From assembly GCA_951406725.2 (NCBI GenBank), contig OX597814.1:211482001-211546000 (forward strand): 64,000 nt of DNA. The letters are read 5' to 3'. The notes below the pieces were generated by a model. The model was given only the letters and a program-made list of their open reading frames with translations. It did not search any database and was not told the DNA's origin. The position numbers and the translations under genes are program-made. This document shows, piece by piece, positions 1-10,964 of the stretch (the first letter of the stretch is position 1; each line of letters starts with the position of its first letter). The DNA comes from Octopus vulgaris (Eukaryota).

Positions 1-94
1 TCGTTGAGTTCAGCATTTGTTGGTCATGCGTATCATTCGTCGCAAAGTGGGTATAGACATACACTCATACATTTATATATACATTTATATACAA

Positions 95-175
<81 letters not shown>

Positions 176-179
<4 letters not shown>

Positions 180-1028
180 GAAGTAAATATATAGTACAAC
201 GAAGTATCGATATTTACTGGAAAATAGCGAACGTAATAAATACGACGTTAATGTATAGCTTCACCGCGTATGTACTAGCACAAATGCGTCTGTGCAACAA
301 ACTTGAAAAAAATTGTCTTACCTCCAGGGAGAACATCTGAAAGATGAAATACCTAGAAAGGGATAATGTGGTACCGGTTTCAGATTTTTCAAGATATGTC
401 TGCACACATATACTTGATTTATCTTCATCAGCCAACATATACCTCGACAACATTTCAAATGTTGCCGCATCAATGCCAATACACTCGACTGAAACGCCAA
501 AACGCTGACAGAACCAGAACAGTGAAGAAGCTTGAATTAAAATAGTAATGCAATACGAGAGTATTGCTTTCCAGTAAAGAATAGCCCGTGAGGGAAAATT
601 ATACATAGAAGTAAATATATGGTACAACGAAGTACCGATATTTACTGGAAAATAGCGAACGTAATAAATACGACGCTAATGTATAGCTTCACCACGTATG
701 TCCTAGCAAAAATATGAAGATAAATCAAGTATATGTGTGCAGACATATCTTGAAAAATCTGAAACCGGTACCACATTATCCCTTTCTAGGTATTTTATTT
801 TTCAGATGTTCTCCCTGGAGGTAAGACAATTTTTTTCAAGTTTGTTGCACACACGCATTTTGCTAGTACATACGCGGTGAAACTATACATCAGCGTCGTA
901 TTTATTACGGTCGCTATTTTCCAGTAAATATCGGTACTTCGTTGTACCATATATTTACTTCTATGTATAATTTTCCCTCACGGGCTATTTTTTACTGGAA
1001 AGCAATACTCTCGTATTGCGTTACTATT

Positions 1029-1030
<2 letters not shown>
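176..1030. mobile_element. Non-coding PLE pLTR-like / retrozyme-like repeat: ~430-bp unit in partial direct tandem plus an inverted copy
   Basis: 176-290 recurs at ~604-712. 715-968 is the reverse complement of ~176-428, and 968-1030 is the reverse complement of ~541-600. Contains a hammerhead motif and is flanked on both sides by (TA)n. Confidence 0.75.
367..437 (-). ncRNA. Minimal type-I hammerhead ribozyme, core intact
   Basis: Minus strand reads tgttgg-CTGATGA-AGAT[aaatcaagtatatgtgtgcagacatatcttgaaaa]ATCT-GAAAC-CG-GTA-ccaca: both core boxes present, pairable stems I and II, palindromic ACCGGT at stem III, GUA cleavage triplet. Confidence 0.8.
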
Positions 1031-1102
<72 letters not shown>

Positions 1103-1107
<5 letters not shown>

Positions 1108-1640
1108 AGTTTAACGCAGGTGTAATTCAAATTCTTTTAGTTCCGACACATGTTTCGAAGATATCTCTGATATTATTCCAAAGGAATAAAATGCTGTAAA
1201 ACAATGTAATCTTCCCTTCAGGTAAGTGAAGAAATGAAACTCGTCAAACAGAAAATGATGGATATGTATAGTGATTAACTGAACGTTATAAATATTGTTT
1301 GAAAAAACTTTATATGATAAAACTTCAGAGGTAGCCTATAAAAAGAGGAAGGATAAATTAAAGAAAAACTACAGGAATGAGAAGTGTACTTTGGAAAGTA
1401 TAAACATACTTTGGAATAATTTTTAGTGATATCTTCGAAACATGTGTCGGAAGTAAAAAGAATTTGAATTACACCTGCGTTAGACTCCATATTTTTATTT
1501 AGATATTACACAAAAAATTTCACGAACTTTAAAAACAAGGAGTTAGAACCTTTTTACTTGTGTGATTTTTTTGCTACCCTGGTAAATATTTATCTAGATT
1601 TTACCGTGTTAATTGTTAACAAGGGAAAAATAAACAAATC
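1103..1640. mobile_element. Penelope-like pLTR fragments in inverted arrangement
   Basis: 1103-1183 and 1411-1490 are inverted copies. 1140-1260 (-) and 1560-1635 (+) align by eye with 43560-43870, the 3' end of a Penelope RT/GIY-YIG remnant. Confidence 0.75.
1141..1225 (-). ncRNA. Hammerhead ribozyme motif, one core substitution
   Basis: ttac-CTGAAGG-GAAGAT...ATCTTC-GAAAC-ATGT-GTC-ggaa: 6-bp stem II base, palindromic ACATGT, GUC triplet. Confidence 0.7.
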
Positions 1641-1642
1641 TA

Positions 1643-1701
<59 letters not shown>

Positions 1702-1794
1702 ACACACACGCACACATAAATTTATATTCATATATATGAACATACGCACAGACACACAGACAAACACTGACATACACACACACACACATATTGA

Positions 1795-2130
1795 CAAGAA
1801 GATTGCTTTGAATCTCCACCGTTCTGGGTTCAGTTCTTAATCGTAGAACCTTGGGAAGGTGTCTTGTCCTACGCTTTCATGCTGTCCAAACACCTGCGTG
1901 TGGATTTGGTAGATGTAAACGTCGTGTATACGCGTGTTTGTGTGTGTGTGTATGTGTATGTGTTTTGTCTTTCTGCCTCTGTTTGTTTTTGCCCCCACCA
2001 CCACCACGATTGCTTGATAACCTGTGTTGATGTGTTTAGGTCCGTGTAACTTGGAAATTCAGCAAAAAGTACCGATATGAAATGTATTAGGTCGCAGGTA
2101 AATGAGTGAAGCAAGTAAGAGACGAAAAGA
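1795..2130 (+). mobile_element. Degraded tRNA-derived SINE (same family as 50575-50960)
   Basis: gggttcagt...accttgggaaggtgtctt...gtggatttggtaga...ccaccacgattgcttgataacc...gtaacttgga match the reverse complement of 50575-50960. Confidence 0.65.
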
Positions 2131-2264
2131 GTAAAGGATGAATGCTATATATATATCTATATATGTGTGTAGGGAGTTTCGAATATATGTGCCAAAGTGA
2201 GTAAGTGAGCATGTGTGTGTCTGTGTGTGTGTGTACGAGTGAGTGTATGTGTGTGTGAATGAGT

Positions 2265-2420
2265 GCTGGTGTCTTGTGTGTGTACAGAAAAAAGTAGGGA
2301 GAGAGCGAAATAGAAAATGTTGTGTGTGTGAGTGTGTGTGTGTATGTGTGTGCCTGCGAGTGTGTGTTGGTGTCATGAGTGTGTACAGAAAAAAGTGGGG
2401 AGACAGCGAGAAAGAAAGTG

Positions 2421-2480
<60 letters not shown>

Positions 2481-2570
2481 GTGTGTGTGTGTGCGCGCCT
2501 GCGAGTGAGTGATGGTGTCATGAGTGTGTACAGAAAAAATCGGGGAGACAGCGAGAAAGAACGTGTTTTC
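2265..2570. repeat. Three-copy minisatellite with variable embedded (GT)n
   Basis: The unit ggtgtcatgagtgtgtacagaaaaaagtggggagacagcgagaaagaa recurs near 2268, 2369 and 2514. Confidence 0.85.
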
Positions 2571-3251
2571 TAGGCTCAGGATTCAGTCAATTTAAATCAA
2601 TCACAATAAAAAAAAACAACAACTACTCATATTAATGTTCTTTAAATACGTCATATGACAAACGAACGGCCGCAGGACGTATCATACTATAGGTTATGGA
2701 TGGTTGGAACGGCAGGGTTTCGGGCAAAACACTTTATGATGTTTACGTACATTACGTACGTTGCCTCTGTTCGTTTTCATCTTGGCTGATCATAACTTTG
2801 ATGTTAACCCTTTCGAGATTTGATAAAAATATGTACCAGTCAAATATTGGTTTATCACTTATGCCTTCCTCCGTCCAAATGTTTGATGTTGTGATGCCAG
2901 AAATAAATATTATTATATTCATATTTTACTGAATTCTATGTAGAAGTTAAATGCAAGAAACCAAAGATATAAAAAAAAAATCGTTTAGCAAAGATAGTAT
3001 TATAGTATATAAATATTTCACGTACCGTTGTGCAAGCAATCAGTATTAGAAATGATTTATTTTTGTGTTTCTTGGATTTCCAAGGGAATTCTTCAATCTA
3101 CCAGTCACTTAGTTCTTTTTCTTTATTAACATATTTACTAGCGTTTTTATGGTTGTTTTCATTCGTCATACTATGGAAGATTTTTATTTCCAAAACCTTA
3201 TTCATAAAACTATTCGAAACAACATTCAGTTTCCAAGTTTGTACTCATAAC

Positions 3252-3291
3252 TATCTATCTATCTATCTATCTATCTACTTATCTATCTATA

Positions 3292-3332
<41 letters not shown>

Positions 3333-3554
3333 GTCTGTCCATCTACCTACCTACATACATACATAAATATATTACATATCTACGCACCTACTTACCTAAC
3401 ATACCTATCTATCTATCTATCTGTCCATCTACCTACCTACACATCCACCTACCTACATAAATATATTACATATCTACCCACCTAACCTATCTATCTATCT
3501 ATGTATCTATCTATATATCTATCTACCTACCTACCTACCTACCTACCTACCTAC

Positions 3555-3591
<37 letters not shown>

Positions 3592-3592
3592 C

Positions 3593-3632
<40 letters not shown>
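3252..3632. repeat. (CTAT)n/(CTAC)n microsatellite
   Basis: Seen directly. Confidence 0.95.
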
Positions 3633-3633
<1 letters not shown>

Positions 3634-3847
3634 ATACACACTATATTTTACCTGCGGCCATGTTTGGGAACGGTTTTGAAGTGTTTAGGCAAACAGATCA
3701 ATTGTAGTGCATTTTCGTTTACGTTTAGCACCTATTCTATTGCAGTTTTTTGCCGAGTGCTATGATATTGTGACTTAAAACAAACTATAATACGTAGTGA
3801 GGTTGGGATAATGGGCAAACGGTGTAAACATGCATGCATACACACAA

Positions 3848-3884
<37 letters not shown>

Positions 3885-3887
<3 letters not shown>

Positions 3888-4075
3888 GTTGTATGTCTGG
3901 TTTCTCTGGGGTTTTTACGTTGTTCGAAAAAAGTTCGTTTCTATGTTTTTGTTTTCTTTTCGCATTGTGTTCAACGTTTTTTGATGTCCTGTACCCATAT
4001 ATGCATGTATATATACATATATACGTAGGTGTGTACATATATATATATATATTTATATGTATGAATGTATATATG
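3885..4075 (+). mobile_element. Fragment of the repeat family at 59447-60490
   Basis: gtcctgtacccatatatgcatgtatatatacat...gtaggt resembles 60313-60375. Confidence 0.5.
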
Positions 4076-4593
4076 TTTGTGTGTGTGTGTCTGTATAGAA
4101 AGGAGTTGTTCTTTCTTAGGGATATATTATCCGAGCGCACACCAAGTTTGTACTAATATCGATCAACAATACTGGAAATATTTCATGTATATATACTAGT
4201 ATTTATCGTCGGTTCTTCTTCAATATTAGGAATTTACACATCTGAAATTACTGTTGTCGCTATGGATATTTCCATAATTTTCGATATAGGAGGAATACTT
4301 ATCAAAATTATTTTCTAGTATTTTTTAAAACCGATATCCATGCCTCATGCAAATATAATGATTTTGGAGTACTAAATGTGTAGATGAGACTTTAAGTCAC
4401 CGTATGAATTAGAATCTTATCGACATAGGATATATATATATATACACAATGATGGTATGGTGACAACTTGATATGAGAGTCCCATGAAAGAGAAAAATGC
4501 TACTGCTGTTTAGCACTTGTAACAACGTTTCCCGTTGGTCATGACGCATTTTCTGTGTCCATATGTTTTCAAAGGGTGGATAAGCACCTCCAC

Positions 4594-4668
4594 CCAGCAA
4601 AGCCAGCATCTAGAGACTAGTTTCAGGGTCAATGCTCATCACCAGTCTGGAATAGCATGGCTTGCTGG
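4594..4668 (-). ncRNA. Degenerate minimal hammerhead motif inside a longer hairpin
   Basis: Minus strand: ccagcaagcca...ccaga-CTGGTGA-tgagcattgaccct-GAAAC-TA-GTC-tctag...tggctttgctgg. One core mismatch, palindromic ACTAGT, stem II damaged. Confidence 0.55.
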
Positions 4669-4811
4669 TTGAATTTTTTATTGCGCATATTTATATGGAA
4701 TGCAGAACAACATCGTAACACCACGGCTGAGACGCTTCCAAAAAATTAAAAAGAAAATCCGTTAGTAGACCGATTATAACACCAACTCCATCTAAAAATC
4801 TGAAGATGGAA

Positions 4812-5196
4812 TGGAAGCACTCCGTCGGTCACGACGATGAGGGTTCCGGTTGATCCGAATCAACGGAACAGCCTGCTCGTGAAATTAACGTGTAAGTGGC
4901 TGAGCACTCCACAGACACGTGTACCCTTAACGTAGTTCTCGGGGATATTCAGCGTGACACAGAGAGTGACAAGGCCGGCCCTTTGAAATACAGGTACAAC
5001 AGAAACAGGAAGTAAGAGTGAGAGAAAGTTGTGGTGAAAGAGTACAGCAGAGATCACCACCATCCCTTGCCGGAGCCTCGTGGAGCTTTAGGTGTTTTTG
5101 CTCAATAAACACTCACAACGCCCGGTCTGGGAATCGAAACCGCGATCCTATGACCGCGAGTCCGCTGCCCTAACCACTGGGCCATTGCGCCTCCAC
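4812..5196 (-). mobile_element. tRNA-derived SINE, family 1, with 11-bp TSD
   Basis: A box TGGCCCAGTGG and B-box-like GTTTCGATTC on the minus strand. TSD gaagatggaat at 4802-4812 and 5197-5207. Near-identical copies at 19795-20179 and 32747-33114. Confidence 0.9.
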
Positions 5197-5409
5197 GAAG
5201 ATGGAATATTATTCCGAAGTATCATATCAGACTATGGACGATTAAATTACAACTGGTATATAGCCCATTGTCTGTATTATAGTGCATTGCTGTACCGTTC
5301 AAAACTTTTTATTTTTTATTTTAAAAAATGTTACTATGAGTTCAAATGAGCCTTACATTTAAAAAATGTGTTGATAAATTTTATACCTATATATACAATA
5401 TATTTTGAC

Positions 5410-7260
5410 CTGTTTTTATTTATTTCAAAAAGGGGATACACCCGGCAGCCTGAAAGGCCCAGTGGCTATCCTTTCTTTTCCCAATGTTGATCAAGTCGGG
5501 TTACTAGCACCCACCTTTCTCATCACAACCTTCCATCGTTTCCTCAAACACACTTCGCGACAGGAGTCTCCTCTCCTGCCCTCTTCAGATGGTATCTTAA
5601 TTAAAGTAGCAAACCAGGGCCGGCGATGAAGGATCCCGTCGCGAATCCTTGCATTCTAGTCCTCCATACACACACTCTTTCAACAGTGCAACTGAACAGA
5701 GGAAACATGTCCCAGCTTCTTTTGAGAGTCCAGTTAGCGATACAATCCTTATTATACACTCAGTCGATAGCTGTACCCGCTCTTGGTGTGACAACATGTG
5801 TTATACGTATATCATCGAGCTTGACATCTCCCGACAACGTGCATAAGCGTACTGGAAGATTTCATCCTCCAGCCCACATTTTGGACATGTCGATAGCACT
5901 GACATTCCGTGCCTGGATAGGATAACTTCTTGTGAAGAGGTAAAGCGTTCCTGTAACACTGCTAGGTTAGGGACTTTTGGTAATTATCCAACTACCCAGG
6001 CCTGAAAGTTTTACGAAAGAGGTTGGCAAGTTGGTTATCGTCGAACCCCAGAGTCCCTCCTAGGACGTCATCGTTTTTACACTCTACCAACCCTTTGTAG
6101 AACACCGATGTGGTATTCCTCCTGCTGGCCTTGCTCGTCTTGTGGATAAGCACGAATGCTTTTCGACGCTCCTTTTGCCTTACAGTCAGGTTACGTCTTT
6201 TAATGAAACCGGCTTTGAATCACTCCAAAGAGGCTGGTCGCGGAAAGAATTCCTCTGCCAGCGGATTCCACACCTTATCAACTTCCAGGTACCTCTAGAT
6301 GCCTCAGCTTCAACGCATGTCTGCGTATCATTAGCCAGGGCATCCCTGACACTTTAACGTTTCCTGACAGCAAAGGAAGCGCCTCACAAGTGGCTTTCCA
6401 TCTTCCTTTGCAAGATGGTTACTTTCTCCTCCACGTCGTATATTACCCCTGCTGCCATCCACAAAACTTCATATCCAGCAGGATTTTATTTTCTTGTGAT
6501 TTTAGATGTCCTACGTCCCATGTATGTGGGCAGCAGTATTATTTCATTGATTTTTAGTGTCTTTGTTGACACTTCCTTTGCTACGTTAGCCGATGGTGAC
6601 TGCGCTTCAACAGTCGCGCTACGCGTTACCCCGCTAATGCAGCATGCTTGGTTCCAAATTGCAGCCACGCACCTCTCTACCACCTCTTTTTTTGCCTCCA
6701 TATTTTTTCTTTCAGGTTATAAACCTTGTATACCCCTGTTGGGGTATTAATTTCTTAAACTTTTTTCAGGGGGTGGCAACAGCTTAGTGTCACCGCCACT
6801 TTGTTTTCTTAAATTCCTGAACTTATACAACTGTTCCATTTTCACTTCGAGTTCCGTTTCGTTCCCGCCCACCGCGGCTGAGAAACTTGGTGCTTCCTGT
6901 ATATCCGTGTTTAGACTGGTACACTCATTTCCCATCACAGGGATCTTTTATGGATTGAATACCGAATTCCATAACGAAAGACTTTCAACTTTGTCACAAC
7001 TCACAAAATTTCCAAAAATAATAAATTAACGCCCAGGAAGGGCAAACCAAATGTTTAATAAAATTTGAGAAAAAATACTCCTACAAAAGAATTTTCTAAT
7101 AATATTTTCAGCCCCGTAGGGCGAAAACTACTGTTTCAAAACGGACAATCGTTCAAATAACGTTAAGGTACACAAAATATATAATGGCAGAAAAAAACAC
7201 ACGGAAACGAACTCGTATAACAGTTGGTGGCAATCTCCCAATACGACGCACAGAAAAAAG
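5410..7260 (-). mobile_element. Internally deleted Tx1/L1-like LINE remnant (ORF1 plus ORF2 C-terminus plus A-rich tail)
   Basis: ORF1-like peptide ...EIILLPTYMGRRTSKI (6486-6701), degenerate zf-RVT-like CPKCGLEDEIFQYAYARC near 5830-5890, C-terminal ALLKECV segment and an A-rich end near 5410-5430. No RT core in between. Confidence 0.6.
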
Positions 7261-7364
7261 TAAGCATGGCTTGCTAGCTGAATGTTTTATTAAGACAATA
7301 GATGCCACACATAAATGCTACAGCACAGGATAACACACACTAAAAAGTTAATATGAGTGAGGTA

Positions 7365-7615
7365 TATTTTTTTCTGTACAGTTGCTGCGCTGAAAGAATG
7401 TGTGTGGAAGACTCGAATGCAAGGACTCGTGACGGGATCCTTCAACCCCGGCCCTCGTTTGCTACATTTGTTCAGATATCATCTGAAGAGTAAGATAGGG
7501 CTGGAGAAAAGGATCTTGTCGTGAAGTGTGTTTGAGGAAAAATGGATCGCTGTGTTAAGAGAGGTGGGTACTAGTAACCCTACTTAATATGCATTGGGAA
7601 AGAAAGGAAAGGTCT
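7365..7615 (+). mobile_element. Tx1/L1-like ORF2 3'-end fragment
   Basis: Translates VAALKECVWKTRMQGLVTGSFNPGPRLLHLFRYHLKSKIGLEKRILS*SVFEEKW; inverted homolog of 5470-5710. Confidence 0.65.
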
Positions 7616-7624
7616 TGTCGCAGG

Positions 7625-7860
7625 TATAGAAAGTAGTGTGGCTTTTTACCTGCTTCAGACACTCTTCCAATGCTTCCACCGTAGCAATTTCAATTATTTT
7701 CGTTGTCATGGAAAGCGTTCTATATACTACTATCTACTTGTTTACATTCGCTGTCGTATCTTGCAGCGGTGTCAACCTCAGGCTGGTACCTTCGTTCTCA
7801 ATAAACTTGTTGAACTGCTTCAACATATTTTCTTCCAATATCAAATCTTGAACCTATAGA
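7625..7860 (-). mobile_element. ORF1-like fragment of the Tx1/L1-like family
   Basis: VVYRTLSMTTKIIEIATVEALEECLKQVK resembles ITYKTHSVVTDNIEEMTTTQVEK in ORF 25455-25808. Confidence 0.4.
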
Positions 7861-8299
7861 ACGTGTGCAGTTAATCTTCTTCCGTTGCTGCTACATAGCT
7901 ACCGACTAGTTCGTTTTCCATCGTTTCTTTTCATACAACTTCGCCCATTAATGGGGAAGAAAATAATATAACAGGCAAAATAACAGCAATGGACAATTCA
8001 ATAATTCAACAATTAGGTTGAACAATTAGGTTAACCTTTACGGGAGGCCTTCTACAGGTATCAACTGTGTAACTGACGGGGATTCAAAAATTGATTAAAT
8101 CGAACAGTAAAAGCGTGGCTTGCTAGCTGATCCATAAAGGTCAACACATAGATGGGAGAGCACAGGACAATACATACCAGAAAGTGTTGTGATGTGTTCG
8201 AATGATATCTATTATTTTTAAAATATTGATGAATAGTCTTTTTCAATATGAGTAAGGGATATGCCCTGTTAACTCAAAGGCCAAGCGGTATTTCTTCAT

Positions 8300-8670
8300 T
8301 TTTCCGAAGCCGATTTAGCCAGTTCCTTTTCACCCGCCTTTCTTAATACAGCCTTCCATCTTTCCTGAAACAAACTTCGAGACAGATCCTTTTCTCCAGC
8401 ACTATCTTGCTCTTCAGATGATATCTGAAGTATCGTAGCAAACCATGGCCAGAAATGAAGGACCCTGACACGAATCCTTGCATCCTAATCTTCCACACGC
8501 ATTCTTTCAGCATAGCAACTATACAGAAAAAAAAACATACCTAACCTTCCTTCTAGAGTCCAGCTGGCGGTACAACCTTTATCATAGAGTCAGCCGATAG
8601 CTAAACTCTTCCCAAATGCGACAACACGTGTTCGACGTAAAACATAAAAACTGACAGGTCACGACACCGT
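8300..8670 (-). mobile_element. Third Tx1/L1-like ORF2 3'-end fragment
   Basis: ctcttcagatgatatct...gtagcaaacca...gaatccttgcat...gagtccag matches 5580-5830. Confidence 0.65.
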
Positions 8671-8694
8671 ACAAAATCTGCTGAACGGTTTCGT

Positions 8695-8716
8695 GTATAT
8701 ATATATATATATACGG

Positions 8717-8748
<32 letters not shown>

Positions 8749-8836
8749 CATACACACACACTTATGTATATATATACAAACGTACATACACACACACATA
8801 TATATGCATATATATACATATAAATATATACATATG

Positions 8837-8876
<40 letters not shown>

Positions 8877-8906
8877 TATATATAAATATATACATATACG
8901 TATTTA

Positions 8907-8946
<40 letters not shown>

Positions 8947-9028
8947 TATATATATATATATGAGTATATATATATATACATATACGTATTTATATGCATA
9001 TATATATACGTATATATATACATATACG

Positions 9029-9060
<32 letters not shown>

Positions 9061-9225
9061 CATACACATATATATGTATATATATACATACACGTATTTA
9101 TTTATTTATCTACATATATATATATATATACATATATACATACACATACGTATTTATATATATATGTACATACAAATACATACGTATTTATTTATTTTAT
9201 TTATATATATATATATATATATATA
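8695..9225. repeat. Long degenerate (TA)n/(CA)n microsatellite
   Basis: Seen directly; explains the YIYI ORFs. Confidence 0.95.
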
Positions 9226-9959
9226 CGAAAATTTCCAGCACTCGCTGACACATTCTTTTATCTCTAAACAGTAACTGAATTCCATCCGAAATCTACCTGC
9301 AATATATCTCTTCATATCGGCATAATAACAAGTGTACTATTGACTCGACTGTTCTCCATCTATTCTTGTATTGCCGGTCAGTTTTCCCTCGTCAAAATCC
9401 ATAGATTTTCTATATATGTTGATCAGTTTAAAGTTCATAGGGTCTGCGGTAATATATTTTCGTAAGGAACTTTCATTTTGAATAATTCCAAGACAGTCGT
9501 TCAATATTCTCCGCCTCTCTGTCATGACACCTACGCTATCTTCAATATTTCGACTACTTTTCTAAACTCGTTGTACAAGCTGGATTTAACTGGGAATTTG
9601 ATATATCATTCCCATATAGGCGCAACCATAGCCGGATCGTTAAGGAATCCGCTTCACAGTGATGAGGTTTCGGTATGCAACGGTTTGGACAAATGACTCT
9701 AATAATGCGCTGGACCGACGAAAAAACCTGTGAGTGGATTTGGTAGGAAAATATTGAAAGCCCATCATGTGCGTATGCATATAAGGCGCAGGATTTGCTA
9801 TGTGGAGACACGGGCGTGGTTGCGTGATTAGAATCCTGCTTTCCAATATGGTTCCGTAACGTTTTTGGCAAGTGTCTTATATAAATATATAAACTCTGCA
9901 GACCAATGCTCTGTGAGTGAATTTGGTAGACGAAAACTTGAAAAATGCCTTCTTATGTA

Positions 9960-10180
9960 TACATGGAGATGCTGAAAACTTCCTGACTTTAGGGAAAAAA
10001 AAATATAGGCATATCAATTAATTATAATGTTAATCAACTTATTCCCCTCTCAGATTAAGACATACTTATTGCAGTGGTCCTTCAGTTTTTCTAAGCCCTG
10101 TAAAGAACTCGGAAATTTGGGCCCACGACCACGCCTTTCGCGATAGCATTAAAGCCAGGAATGTTTGAGCACCTCTCGTA
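9960..10180. mobile_element. Mariner-type MITE (~220 bp)
   Basis: Left end tacatggagatgctgaaaacttcctgacttta versus right end reverse complement tacgagaggtgctcaaacattcctggcttta: imperfect ~30-bp TIRs bounded by TA. Confidence 0.6.
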
Positions 10181-10539
10181 TGTGTGTGTGTGTGTGTGTA
10201 GTTTAATGTACACAATACATAGTTATGACCTACTAATACGTGCATATTACACTGAAGATATTTTGTAGACAGTTTTTAAAGCACGTCTGATATTTCCAAC
10301 AATCAGGCTCTAAGTGCATGGCCTATACACGTTACACACCAAGATATTTCTCTGAAGATTACTTGGACACGCTAGGCGTGTTTTAAAATCAACCTGCCTC
10401 GAAAATATCCTAAACGCATAAAACTGTCTGTAGCTCATATTTATATACTGTGTACATTAAACAATATTTATCTCTCACCGGATGGACTACGATTTCTGCC
10501 AATCTTACGTTAATGGAAAAATAAAAGTTGTGTGTGTGT

Positions 10540-10730
10540 ATGTAATTGTCCAACACCAGAACCACCACTTTGCAACCGCTGTTTGATTGTTTACGTCCCT
10601 GTAACTTAGACATCCGTCAGAAAGAGACGGATAAGTACTAGGCTTAAAAGTATGTTCTGGTCAACTAAATCCTGAAAGCAGTGCCCCGGCATTCCAGCAA
10701 TCTAAAGAGTGAAACGTAAAGATAAATTCT
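10540..10730 (+). mobile_element. 3' part of a degraded SINE (50575-50960 family)
   Basis: tgtttacgtccctgtaacttag...aaaagagacggataagtactaggctta. Confidence 0.6.
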
Positions 10731-10964
10731 ATGGAGTTAAAATGTCGTAATGGACCTTATAGACATCTACTTAAGTCTGAAATTTTCATAATATCTACAT
10801 GGTGTTCTTTCGAGATGACAGAATCTCGTATTTAAAGTGAAATTTTTAAATAAACTTTTGAGGATATTATTTCTCCAGATTATGATATGTTAGTAGTAGT
10901 TGTATTTTACTACCATCACCGTTTTCATTATAATTATCATCATCATCAGTAGTAGTAGCAGTAA

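Noticed and set aside
2265-2570. Repeat-spacer pattern resembling a CRISPR array
   Set aside because: Eukaryotic context, spacers are (GT)n microsatellite, and there are no cas genes.
8601-9274. Long ORFs of [16 protein letters not shown] type (also at 17-340, 2059-2573, 3030-3707, 43839-44198, 57166-58235)
   Set aside because: Translations of di- and tetranucleotide microsatellites; not genes.
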